IMG/VR virus record: IMGVR_UViG_2563366997_000002
DNA from: a virus
Lineage: Duplodnaviria; Heunggongvirae; Uroviricota; Caudoviricetes
Reading direction: 5' to 3' (one strand)
DNA length: 21,588 nucleotides
In this document: piece by piece, positions 1 through 7,610 of the stretch
How positions within the stretch are numbered: position 1 is the stretch's first letter
Layout of the letters: every line of letters starts with the position of its first letter
The notes under the pieces: generated by a model
What the model saw: the letters and a program-made list of their open reading frames with translations, nothing else
What the model was told of the DNA's origin: nothing
The model's database searches: none
Translations under genes and position numbers: made by a program

Positions 1-393
1 TCATATTACTGGATAATCATCATCATCCTTCCCTATCCGATTGATAACGAATGTCACTACCCCGACAACTGTAACATCATCCAGGGCCTCACCTTCCAAC
101 GCTTCACCGTCTCGTGTAATAAATGCCCGGCCCATAATTTTTGCAAAATCAGTGCCGCCGCCGTATTGAATTAAAACGGTATCTCCTTGCTTTGGTTTTA
201 CGAAGCAATCCACTACGGCATAGCCGGTTTCTGTTTGTACTATCCGAGTATTGGGGCCGGTACCGCAGAGTGAATCAACGGTCAGACGCCGTTCAACATA
301 GTCAGCAGCTGGCGACGGAAATCCCACGTTATAGCCCTCCGTTTGGGTTGTATAACTGGAACGTGAGCTCATCGCCTTCCTGCGTTGAGACAT
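1..393 (-). CDS. UmuD/ImpA-like S24-family protein (SOS mutagenesis accessory-like)
   Basis: 130-aa ORF whose stop codon is the first 3 bases of the window. Contains GFPSPAADYVE, matching the UmuD/MucA N-terminal cleavage-site region (E. coli UmuD has CGFPSPAADYVE), and a C-terminal VVGVVTFV-type strand pattern like UmuD. The canonical GDSM serine motif is not evident by eye. Nine nt downstream of the preceding small ORF. Confidence 0.6.
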   Translation of the reverse strand: MSQRRKAMSSRSSYTTQTEGYNVGFPSPAADYVERRLTVDSLCGTGPNTRIVQTETGYAVVDCFVKPKQGDTVLIQYGGGTDFAKIMGRAFITRDGEALEGEALDDVTVVGVVTFVINRIGKDDDDYPVI

Positions 394-402
394 CCCGGAA
401 TG

Positions 403-561
403 TCAGTGCTCTATCCACTGGTTAGCCTGGCGCGGTGACCATATCCAGTTAACTTTTGCGAGTTCCCGGATAAAACCGGACGTTGTCACGGTGCGACGGC
501 CATTAGGCTCAATGACAATTGCCTGACGCCAGGCTATTTCGATATCTGAGTTTCGCGGCAT
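403..561 (-). CDS. small hypothetical protein (52 aa), first gene of an SOS-box operon
   Basis: ORF track gives 403..606, but that start would place the LexA box inside the coding region. The internal ATG at 561..559 has a strong SD (GGAGGTG, 5-nt spacer) and lies just downstream of the box. Gene order recalls impC-impA; that is inference. Confidence 0.4.
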   Translation of the reverse strand: MPRNSDIEIAWRQAIVIEPNGRRTVTTSGFIRELAKVNWIWSPRQANQWIEH

Positions 562-579
562 AACTTCACCTCCCGAAAA

Positions 580-599
580 TACTGTTTTTATATACAGTA
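580..599 (-). promoter_or_regulatory. LexA (SOS) box
   Basis: Minus-strand sequence TACTGTATATAAAAACAGTA is a perfect CTGT-N8-ACAG LexA operator with AT-rich spacer, about 20 bp upstream of the 52-aa ORF start. Confidence 0.7.
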
Positions 600-1103
600 G
601 ATTCATTAAGAGATCTGATCAATACAGGTTCCAGCTATCAATCAGGAACACTGAGGAGGAAACCAGTCACCTTTTAGCCTCTGATATTGGTTTCACTTAG
701 TGATTATGTTGTCTATGTGCCAACTATGAACTATCTTTTCTCAAAACCTGCTACTGCAAAATGGATATAAGATGTCACAGACGGACTTGCTGATTGTTGT
801 TTTTACTCTGGGCATTTTAGCCTTTGGCTATTCCATATGGTTCATTTCGAACAGAATACTTTGCTCTATATTTCATAGACTTACAAAGAATATATGAATT
901 GGGATGGTATAGACCCAAATTCATGGTCATTGCCCCTCGACGTCGGAAGGTACTTACAGATCATCTTCGCTCTTAACCTATCACATCGGCACCTACTCCA
1001 TGATGTAACAGCTCAGACCAGAAATATCTGGAAGCTTTAGGCATATTCTTGGAAGATAGACGAGCGCAAAGACGCACACAGCAATGATGTTATGTAGTAT
1101 TTT

Positions 1104-1135
1104 CCCCTTGAGTGTGCCTGCTCAAGGGGGTTTTT
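1104..1135 (+). terminator. putative Rho-independent terminator
   Basis: ccccttgag / loop tgtgcctg / ctcaagggg gives a 9-bp GC-rich stem, followed by TTTTT. The U-tract is present only in the plus orientation. Confidence 0.45.
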
Positions 1136-1150
1136 ATCGCCGTATTGTAC

Positions 1151-1219
1151 TGGCAAATATTTGTAAATAGTCTTCACCCCCACGCCTGTCACATCGGCCA
1201 CACGCGACTGGACAGGCGG
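1151..1219 (-). pseudogene. remnant of a serine DNA-invertase C-terminal HTH (second copy)
   Basis: In frame immediately after the stop of the 1220..1414 ORF, the minus strand reads PPVQSRVADVTGVGVKTIYKYLP. This is about 80% identical at nucleotide level to the HTH segment at 3160..3215 and has no start codon or catalytic domain. Confidence 0.35.
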
Positions 1220-1419
1220 TTAGTCCGGTATGTTTCTCGCGCTACTACTGCTTACGTTAACGTCTGGTAATGATCTAGCGGCGCGACGTAAAGCGGCGTT
1301 GAAAGCAATTATAGTGACCGGCCGGCATTGGTACTTCACACGGTTAGAATGGCTCTGAAATAAAAAAACATCTTCTGGATAGCGTTCTCTTCTACGAGCA
1401 ATGATCCCCTCCACTGGAG
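1220..1419 (-). pseudogene. tyrosine-recombinase-like gene, 3' part (split by IS4)
   Basis: Joining 2846..3079 to 1220..1419 across one copy of the 11-bp target duplication restores a continuous frame (...KSTPPVE-GIIARRRERYPEDVFLF...). The joined protein has an integrase-core-like segment HTGLSAGRLLSIRYDDIDGD...VKS but no downstream HxxR...Y catalytic region. Confidence 0.5.
1409..1419. repeat. IS4 target-site duplication, left copy (CTCCACTGGAG)
   Basis: Identical 11-mer at 2846..2856 directly flanks the other IS4 end. Confidence 0.85.
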
Positions 1420-2845
1420 TAATGCCGATCAGTTAAGGATCAGTTGACCGATCCAGTGGCTGTGTAAGAATCCGGAAACGCTCACTCGTTTCCGGATTTT
1501 TTTATGCACATTGGACAGGCCCTTGATTTGGTATCCCGTTACGATTCTCTGCGTAACCCACTGACTTCTCTGGGGGATTACCTCGACCCCGAACTCATCT
1601 CTCGTTGCCTTGCCGAATCAGGTACTGTAACGCTACGCAAGCGCCGTCTTCCCCTCGAAATGATGGTCTGGTGTATTGTTGGCATGGCGCTTGAGCGTAA
1701 AGAACCTCTTCACCAGATTGTGAATCGCCTGGACATCATGCTGCCGGGCAATCGCCCCTTCGTTGCCCCCAGTGCCGTTATTCAGGCCCGCCAGCGCCTG
1801 GGAAGTGAGGCTGTCCGCCGCGTGTTCACGAAAACAGCGCAGCTCTGGCATAACGCCACGCCGCATCCGCAATGGTGCGGCCTGACCCTGCTGGCCATCG
1901 ATGGTGTGTTCTGGCGCACACCGGATACACCAGAGAACGATGCAGCCTTCCCCCGCCAGACACATGCCGGGAACCCGGCGCTCTACCCGCAGGTCAAAAT
2001 GGTCTGCCAGATGGAACTGACCAGCCATCTGCTGACGGCTGCAGCCTTCGGCACGATGAAGAACAGCGAAAATGAGCTTGCTGAGCAACTTATAGAACAA
2101 ACCGGCGATAACACTCTGACGTTAATGGACAAAGGTTATTACTCACTGGGACTGTTAAATGCCTGGAGCCTGGCGGGAGAACACCGCCACTGGATGATCC
2201 CTCTCAGAAAGGGAGCGCAATATGAAGAGATCAGAAAACTGGGTAAAGGCGATCATCTGGTGAAGCTGAAAACCAGCCCGCAGGCACGAAAAAAGTGGCC
2301 GGGACTGGGAAATGAGGTGACAGCCCGCCTGCTGACCGTGACGCGCAAAGGAAAAGTCTGCCATCTGCTGACGTCGATGACGGACGCCATGCGCTTCCCC
2401 GGAGGAGAAATGGCGGATCTGTACAGTCATCGCTGGGAAATCGAACTGGGATACAGGGAGATAAAACAGACGATGCAACTGAGCAGGCTGACGCTGAGAA
2501 GTAAAAAGCCGGAGCTTGTGGAGCAAGAGCTGTGGGGTGTCTTACTGGCTTATAATCTGGTGAGATATCAGATGATTAAAATGGCGGAACATCTGAAAGG
2601 TTACTGGCCGAATCAACTGAGTTTCTCAGAATCATGCGGAATGGTGATGAGAATGCTGATGACATTGCAGGGCGCTTCACCGGGACGTATACCGGAGCTG
2701 ATGCACGATCTTGCAAGTATGGGACAACTTGTGAAATTACCGACAAGAAGGGAAAGGGCCTTCCCGAGAGTGGTAAAGGAGAGGCCCTGGAAATACCCCA
2801 CAGCCCCGAAAAAGAGCCAGTCAGTTGCTTAACTGACTGGCATTA
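1420..2845 (+). mobile_element. IS4 insertion sequence, complete copy
   Basis: 1426 bp; imperfect terminal inverted repeats (left TAATGCCGATCAGTTAAGG, right end reverse-complement TAATGCCAGTCAGTTAAGC); single 442-aa transposase ORF; flanked by an 11-bp direct repeat. Confidence 0.95.
1504..2832 (+). CDS. insG: IS4 transposase
   Basis: 442-aa [23 protein letters not shown]..., recognised as the IS4-family transposase; it occupies almost the whole IS. Confidence 0.95.
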   Translation: MHIGQALDLVSRYDSLRNPLTSLGDYLDPELISRCLAESGTVTLRKRRLPLEMMVWCIVGMALERKEPLHQIVNRLDIMLPGNRPFVAPSAVIQARQRLGSEAVRRVFTKTAQLWHNATPHPQWCGLTLLAIDGVFWRTPDTPENDAAFPRQTHAGNPALYPQVKMVCQMELTSHLLTAAAFGTMKNSENELAEQLIEQTGDNTLTLMDKGYYSLGLLNAWSLAGEHRHWMIPLRKGAQYEEIRKLGKGDHLVKLKTSPQARKKWPGLGNEVTARLLTVTRKGKVCHLLTSMTDAMRFPGGEMADLYSHRWEIELGYREIKQTMQLSRLTLRSKKPELVEQELWGVLLAYNLVRYQMIKMAEHLKGYWPNQLSFSESCGMVMRMLMTLQGASPGRIPELMHDLASMGQLVKLPTRRERAFPRVVKERPWKYPTAPKKSQSVA

Positions 2846-2856
2846 CTCCACTGGAG
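2846..2856. repeat. IS4 target-site duplication, right copy (CTCCACTGGAG)
   Basis: Exact direct repeat of 1409..1419. Confidence 0.85.
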
Positions 2857-3079
2857 GGGTTGATTTAACACGTAGCTCCTTCAGGTGACCCTGTTTTCGT
2901 ATCAGTATCAAGTCACCATCAATATCATCATATCGAATACTCAGCAGCCTTCCAGCGCTTAAACCCGTGTGAAAAATTAACGCCCACAAGTCAGCCCATG
3001 TATCTGAGATGGAAACAAGATTGCTGTTAATAGTTAAAAATTGCTCAAAACTTATTGTTTTCTTACCGTTCACGAACAA
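2846..3079 (-). pseudogene. tyrosine-recombinase-like gene, 5' part (split by IS4)
   Basis: N-terminal 78 codons (apparent TTG start at 3079); the reading frame runs into the IS4 end where a stop occurs. See 1220..1419. Confidence 0.5.
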
Positions 3080-3156
3080 ACCAAACTGTTTTCAAAGCTG
3101 AATGAATTGATTAAGCCAAACGTAACATATCAGGAAAAGTAGTGAAATCTTTGCCT

Positions 3157-3369
3157 TCAAGTCGCCGGGAGGTACTTGTAGATTGTTTTCACGTCCACGC
3201 CTGTCACATCAGCCACCTGCTGCCGGGTAGCGCCGTTCTCCAGCATTCTGCGGCACCGCTCCACCACTTCTTCAGTCATTATCCGGCGGCGGCCGCCGAC
3301 TCTCTCCTGCTCCATCGCTGCGGACCGACTCGGATGCATTCGGCAAATTCTAGGCCGTGATTTTTCCAA
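3157..3369 (-). pseudogene. serine DNA-invertase (Hin/Gin/Pin/Cin family) C-terminal HTH remnant
   Basis: C-terminal 45 aa, GGRRRIMTEEVVERCRRMLENGATRQQVADVTGVDVKTIYKYLPA, aligns by eye with the Hin C-terminal DNA-binding domain. The N-terminal about 140-aa catalytic domain is absent and the 5' end overlaps the upstream 266-aa gene. Confidence 0.6.
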
Positions 3370-4150
3370 TCCTCTCCATCAGATATGCCAGGATGACATC
3401 CAGTGTGCTGGTCCCATATGCATATTTGCCGGGGAAAACCAAACATTCTGACAAAACGGATGTTAACGGAGACACTGAACCATTGCCTGCTCCGCCAATA
3501 CTCATTTTTTGAGACGGGCTATACGCTGGGATTGTATAGCCCGTCACTTGTCGGCTGGTCACTGCAGACTGATCTGACCGCTGGTATGCAATTGCATAGG
3601 ATCCAGCAGCCTTGTTAGAGCACATAACTACAGCGCAGAATAAAGATTGCCCTATATTGTTAGGAGTAAATGCCAGATCGGCCTCGATCCCTCCATTCAG
3701 AAAAATCGGGAATGAACCTGCTGACGTTGTACGAATGCCGACGCCATGAGGTGTGCTTTCCTGGGTTGCGATAACCGCTCTGTCCTGTGGCGTAGCCGGA
3801 AGCGCCCCACCTGGCAGCTGATAGATGAATGCAAAAGTATTGATGTTTGCGTCCATAACCACCGCCGTATCACCAGCCATGCCGGATGCACCGGAGAAAT
3901 TAAGCCCCTGCAAAACAGAACCATTCAGCTTTGTGGATGGCTCGAGGGTCTCCAGTGACTTGAAAAGTCCGCCATCTAATCGGTTAGAGATAGCTACTAC
4001 TTTTGCACCAGACCCCATTTTTAGAAACTCTGTCTTCACTGGTGTCCATACTGATGGGGATAGTTCTGAGATCGCTTTCTCTGCCGCTGTTTGTGAGTAC
4101 ACAGGGAGTAAGGGGTTATTCAGTCCAGTTAGTGTGTAAATCAGTCTCAT
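3350..4150 (-). CDS. hypothetical protein (266 aa), probably tail-associated
   Basis: Starts 7 nt after the esterase-domain gene stop with a GAGGAT SD; Gly/Ser/Thr/Ala-rich composition. No family recognised. Confidence 0.5.
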   Translation of the reverse strand: MRLIYTLTGLNNPLLPVYSQTAAEKAISELSPSVWTPVKTEFLKMGSGAKVVAISNRLDGGLFKSLETLEPSTKLNGSVLQGLNFSGASGMAGDTAVVMDANINTFAFIYQLPGGALPATPQDRAVIATQESTPHGVGIRTTSAGSFPIFLNGGIEADLAFTPNNIGQSLFCAVVMCSNKAAGSYAIAYQRSDQSAVTSRQVTGYTIPAYSPSQKMSIGGAGNGSVSPLTSVLSECLVFPGKYAYGTSTLDVILAYLMERIGKITA

Positions 4151-4159
4151 TTTTTATCC

Positions 4160-6223
4160 TCAGAAAACGTTAATACGAAAAGCGGGGAGCCAGTCGTAAA
4201 GAGTCACGGATGTGTCATACACCCATATGATTCCAGCGGAAGATCGAACACACCCTCTTGCACCAAGAGTCCGCCCGGAAGGTTTTACAGATGCGCCGCT
4301 CTGAAGTGGGTTTTCTGCTGTCGCATAGGAAACGCGCCCAAAACGTCCAGAGGGGGCGGTCGCCAGGTTAATCAGCACGCCCTTGCCGTCCGAGCTGATC
4401 GCGATGCTCGATATAGCAGGTGGAGCACCAGTCTCATCCGTGTAGCTAAAGCCGTAATTGGCCAGACCGGAGGTGTTGATCGTAGTCGTGTCCAGCACCA
4501 GGTTCGTATACGCTGGGACATTGATTTGTATCTGCGTGGGTGAGTTCCACACGAAACTGGTCGGAACCATCCCTGACCAGCCGCTCGTAAACCACTCCTG
4601 GAGAAGCGCTCTCGCCACAGCTGCTCCGCGCCGGTTCTGGCCCGCACACGTCAAGTGCAGACCGTCTGAAATAAAATCGTACTGGTACAAACTATTGACC
4701 AGCCTGAATTGCTCTTTTCCGTGCAATCGCGTCGACGCCAGTCGCGCGTACTGGCCTGTAAATGCACCATGCCCGTCATTGACATACCCCAGCTGGGTAA
4801 TGGCGATAATCGGCGGTTCGTTTTGACCCGTTCTTGCGATGATGTCGCTGGTGATTTGTCTCTGGTACTGCCTCATCCGTGATTCATACATTCCTTCTCG
4901 TAATCCTGACCAGTCCTCGTCGGACTCTCCCTGCATCCAGTCAACGCAGAGAACAATCGGCAGCCAGCCGCGTGCTTTACAGGCCGTTACGCAGTCTTCG
5001 ATTGAATCGAGCAGATACTGATATACCTGGTTACCCCGTTTCTGGTACTCGTAAGCCTGACCAGACTGCGCACATACGATTGATAGCGTGCGCGGCATGA
5101 TTCCGGTAGCTGCAGCCATATCGCGAATGAAGGTGTTCGCGAGGCCGCTTGCGGCCGTTTCTTTATCTGTCCCACTTACTGCCTCAACCAGTGGCACCAG
5201 AGTAGTGCTGCGTGTCCCTGTACGCCTAACCCCGCCGCTGAGCATGAAAGCGTTATCAGGATATATCGGCGTTGCTGCGACAATGGTTTGATCGGCGTCA
5301 GGACAATATCCTCGAGCGTTGGATTGCCCAGCAGTCACAAAGATAAAACATACAGGCACTGTCTCTGAGTAGGGGTACACAGTAGACCCTGACAAATGAA
5401 GTCCATACTCAGGGAGCTGGTTGGCATCATCGTCGCCACCACCACCGCCATTTCCGTTATTAACAGCTACCAGGCCACCGTCTGAGTAAATCCAGTGCTT
5501 CCCACCAACCGTATAAGCTTCAACGATCTGGTTTGTGGTTGAATCAACCGTCATCCGCCACACTTTTTCACCGCCAATAAACTGCGGTATAGAACCCTCC
5601 CGGCCCAGCGCATAGAGTTCGGATTCTTGTTGGGTTAAAAGTTCGTAATATTTTCCGTCAGGACCGATTTGAATTAATCTGCCGCTTGTATTTAAAAATG
5701 GAGCCACGCGGGAAGTCTCCGGATCATATGCTGCCAGGGTCACGCTGTCTGGCGATACCTGGTATGCGTAGTCGTCACGAACCATCCGCCGTCCGGTTGG
5801 CTGCAGCGTTCCAGCGAGGTTGATATACTCATCGGCCAGAGAGCTTCCGTCCTGACTGCGGACATAGGTTGTTGAACCTGCCGGAATATTCGCAATATCC
5901 GCCTGCGCCGCCGCCAGCGTCATGTACTGCCGGCTGAGAGGGATCAGGTTTTGGCGGGCTTCATCAATAACAGCGTCGGTAGCAGCTGCCATTTTTTTAG
6001 TAGCCCCAATTATCGTATCCTGGGCGTTACCAAAACGATCTATAAAAGTATCGCTTTCGCTGTTCAGGAAATCATCGTACGCCAGGGCGTTATCATTCAG
6101 ATCCTTCATGCTATTTGAAGGTCTTGGATTGCCGGTATTATATCTTTTGTCCATACCTGTTCCTGTCTTCATCTTTTCAATGAAGCAATTAAGATTGACG
6201 CCCCGCCCCTTCAGGGCTAACAT
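4160..6223 (-). CDS. tail-region protein with SGNH/SASA-type esterase domain (putative receptor-modifying tailspike or fibre)
   Basis: Up to 687 aa. Central domain has an SGNH-hydrolase nucleophile block VTAGQSNARGY and a distal DGLH block, as in sialate-O-acetylesterase-like proteins; a fibre-like N-terminal region and a C-terminal beta-rich region flank it. The true start is probably an internal Met (6172, 6154 or 6109), because 6218..6223 overlaps the -10 element of a divergent promoter. Confidence 0.7.
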   Translation of the reverse strand: MLALKGRGVNLNCFIEKMKTGTGMDKRYNTGNPRPSNSMKDLNDNALAYDDFLNSESDTFIDRFGNAQDTIIGATKKMAAATDAVIDEARQNLIPLSRQYMTLAAAQADIANIPAGSTTYVRSQDGSSLADEYINLAGTLQPTGRRMVRDDYAYQVSPDSVTLAAYDPETSRVAPFLNTSGRLIQIGPDGKYYELLTQQESELYALGREGSIPQFIGGEKVWRMTVDSTTNQIVEAYTVGGKHWIYSDGGLVAVNNGNGGGGGDDDANQLPEYGLHLSGSTVYPYSETVPVCFIFVTAGQSNARGYCPDADQTIVAATPIYPDNAFMLSGGVRRTGTRSTTLVPLVEAVSGTDKETAASGLANTFIRDMAAATGIMPRTLSIVCAQSGQAYEYQKRGNQVYQYLLDSIEDCVTACKARGWLPIVLCVDWMQGESDEDWSGLREGMYESRMRQYQRQITSDIIARTGQNEPPIIAITQLGYVNDGHGAFTGQYARLASTRLHGKEQFRLVNSLYQYDFISDGLHLTCAGQNRRGAAVARALLQEWFTSGWSGMVPTSFVWNSPTQIQINVPAYTNLVLDTTTINTSGLANYGFSYTDETGAPPAISSIAISSDGKGVLINLATAPSGRFGRVSYATAENPLQSGASVKPSGRTLGARGCVRSSAGIIWVYDTSVTLYDWLPAFRINVF
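6195..6223 (+). promoter_or_regulatory. putative sigma70 promoter for the HTH/acyltransferase cassette
   Basis: TTGACG, 17-bp spacer, TAACAT, located 9-33 bp upstream of the first plus-strand starts. Confidence 0.4.
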
Positions 6224-6231
6224 CGCCTTAC

Positions 6232-6519
6232 GTGTTTAAACGGTTAAATAAGAGAATGATTTTAATAAATAAATACACCCCTCCAACGCAGGAAGATTTA
6301 GCCAGACTGAAATCCGCACTAAATTACTCCGGAAACCAAATGGCAGGGCTCGCAGGTGTAGCCAGCGATAGCCAATGGCGGAAATACACTGGCGGAGAGA
6401 GCCCCAGGGTAATGTCAAGACACATACTGTTTTATATTGCAGCTCAGCTTGTTCTGTCTGATGAGCAACTTAACAATGTAATAAATAAAATGCGCGATAT
6501 TGGCGCGGAGATAAAATAA
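6232..6519 (+). CDS. small XRE-like HTH protein (putative regulator), coupled to the acyltransferase
   Basis: 95 aa from a GTG start (87 aa from ATG at 6256). The segment LNYSGNQMAGLAGVASDSQWRKYTGGE resembles a Cro/C1-type helix-turn-helix. Its stop overlaps the acyltransferase start (ATAATG). AT-rich. Confidence 0.5.
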   Translation: MFKRLNKRMILINKYTPPTQEDLARLKSALNYSGNQMAGLAGVASDSQWRKYTGGESPRVMSRHILFYIAAQLVLSDEQLNNVINKMRDIGAEIK

Positions 6520-7610
6520 TGCTTGGCCTAATAAGGTTTTTTTTGGCATCGTGCGTCATTGCTTTTCACTTAACGGCTCGCATACCTGCACTTGGCAACT
6601 TTGCAGTGAATTGCTTCTATGTTATTAGTGGTTTTTTAATAACATACATTTTGCATGAAACATACAAGTTCAACTTCTCTATGTTTTGGAAAAATAGAAT
6701 ACTGAGGTTATTCCCGGCATATATATTTTTTCTCGTCATGGGCTTTCTTATTATAAAATTAATTCCATCCGCAAAGGAATTCCACTCAAACTGGACAGGC
6801 AATTTCTTACCTGGAGATTTATTAGGAAACCTCTTAATCTTCCCCTGGGCTTTCCTTTCTGATAATGCTGTAGCAAATCCATTCGGTGCCTTTTCATCCA
6901 TTTATCACTTTGCTATTGATGGTAATAGATTCAGAATAGTCACATCATCATGGTCAGTGGGTGTTGAGATAACATGTTATTTTTTATTGTGGCTTTTCAT
7001 AGCCCGAAATAAATTTACAGCCATTACGTCGATTCTGCTTTCACTGCTTTATCATGCTTACGTATATGTAGTACACCATTCTTTTGATATGGCGTATTTC
7101 CCATTCCTTGCTGCAACACTTCCTTTTAGCATGGGTTCTCTGGGTTATTTTGCCCATAGAAAGTTCAAAGCTATGTATCTTTCTCCACACAAAGCTTTTT
7201 TAATAACATTTATTTGCATCGGGATTTTTATTACCAATTGGCATTTATATACAATTAATCCATTAGGTCAGTACAACATAATACTTTACTACACCAATAA
7301 TGTAATAGCATTGTTTACAACCCTGGTATTATTAAAAATAAAGACAAACATACATCTTGAGAAAATACTCAAGTGGTTTGGTGACCTGGCCTATCCAATT
7401 TTTCTTTGTCAATATTTTGGTGGATTTCTAGCATGGCTTGCTATTGGTGGTGAAAATCGTGGCTTATCCATCTTTTTATTAGGCTACCCAATATCAATTG
7501 CACTTGGGATCGTTTGTGTAATATTAATAGACAAGCCACTAATTAAAATTAGAGCAAAAATAAGGGCGGACGCTCAAAGCAAAAATAATCAGGAAAACTC
7601 TTCAAGGTAA
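6519..7610 (+). CDS. acyltransferase family 3 (OafA/Oac-like) integral membrane O-acyltransferase
   Basis: 363 aa, strongly hydrophobic with multiple predicted TM segments. N-terminal region FHLTARIPALGNFAVNCFYVISGFLITY is typical of AT3 acyltransferases. Markedly AT-rich relative to flanks; opposite strand to the structural genes. Confidence 0.8.
   Translation: MLGLIRFFLASCVIAFHLTARIPALGNFAVNCFYVISGFLITYILHETYKFNFSMFWKNRILRLFPAYIFFLVMGFLIIKLIPSAKEFHSNWTGNFLPGDLLGNLLIFPWAFLSDNAVANPFGAFSSIYHFAIDGNRFRIVTSSWSVGVEITCYFLLWLFIARNKFTAITSILLSLLYHAYVYVVHHSFDMAYFPFLAATLPFSMGSLGYFAHRKFKAMYLSPHKAFLITFICIGIFITNWHLYTINPLGQYNIILYYTNNVIALFTTLVLLKIKTNIHLEKILKWFGDLAYPIFLCQYFGGFLAWLAIGGENRGLSIFLLGYPISIALGIVCVILIDKPLIKIRAKIRADAQSKNNQENSSR

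Noticed and set aside
141-425. Plus-strand 94-aa ORF overlapping the UmuD-like gene.
   Set aside because: The opposite strand carries a recognisable protein motif (GFPSPAADYVE) and operon context; this frame has no features.
1633-2526. Antisense and alternative-frame ORFs inside the IS4 transposase gene (1633..2100, 1872..2075, 2155..2526).
   Set aside because: They lie fully within the well-recognised 442-aa transposase frame; typical spurious ORFs in a GC-balanced coding region.
2851-2870. Sequence gaggggttgatttaaca next to IS4, resembling the tRNA-Ser 3' end (gagggggatttgaaccc), considered as the second att copy.
   Set aside because: The match needs indels and is short; it is probably coincidental. 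No convincing second copy of the tRNA 3' end was seen by eye, so the far att site is lost or lies outside the window.
3068-3100. Weak dyad (gaacaaaccaaactgttttc) near the invertase remnant, considered as a hix/gix-like crossover site.
   Set aside because: The symmetry is poor and does not match the invertase half-site consensus; no partner inverted copy was found.
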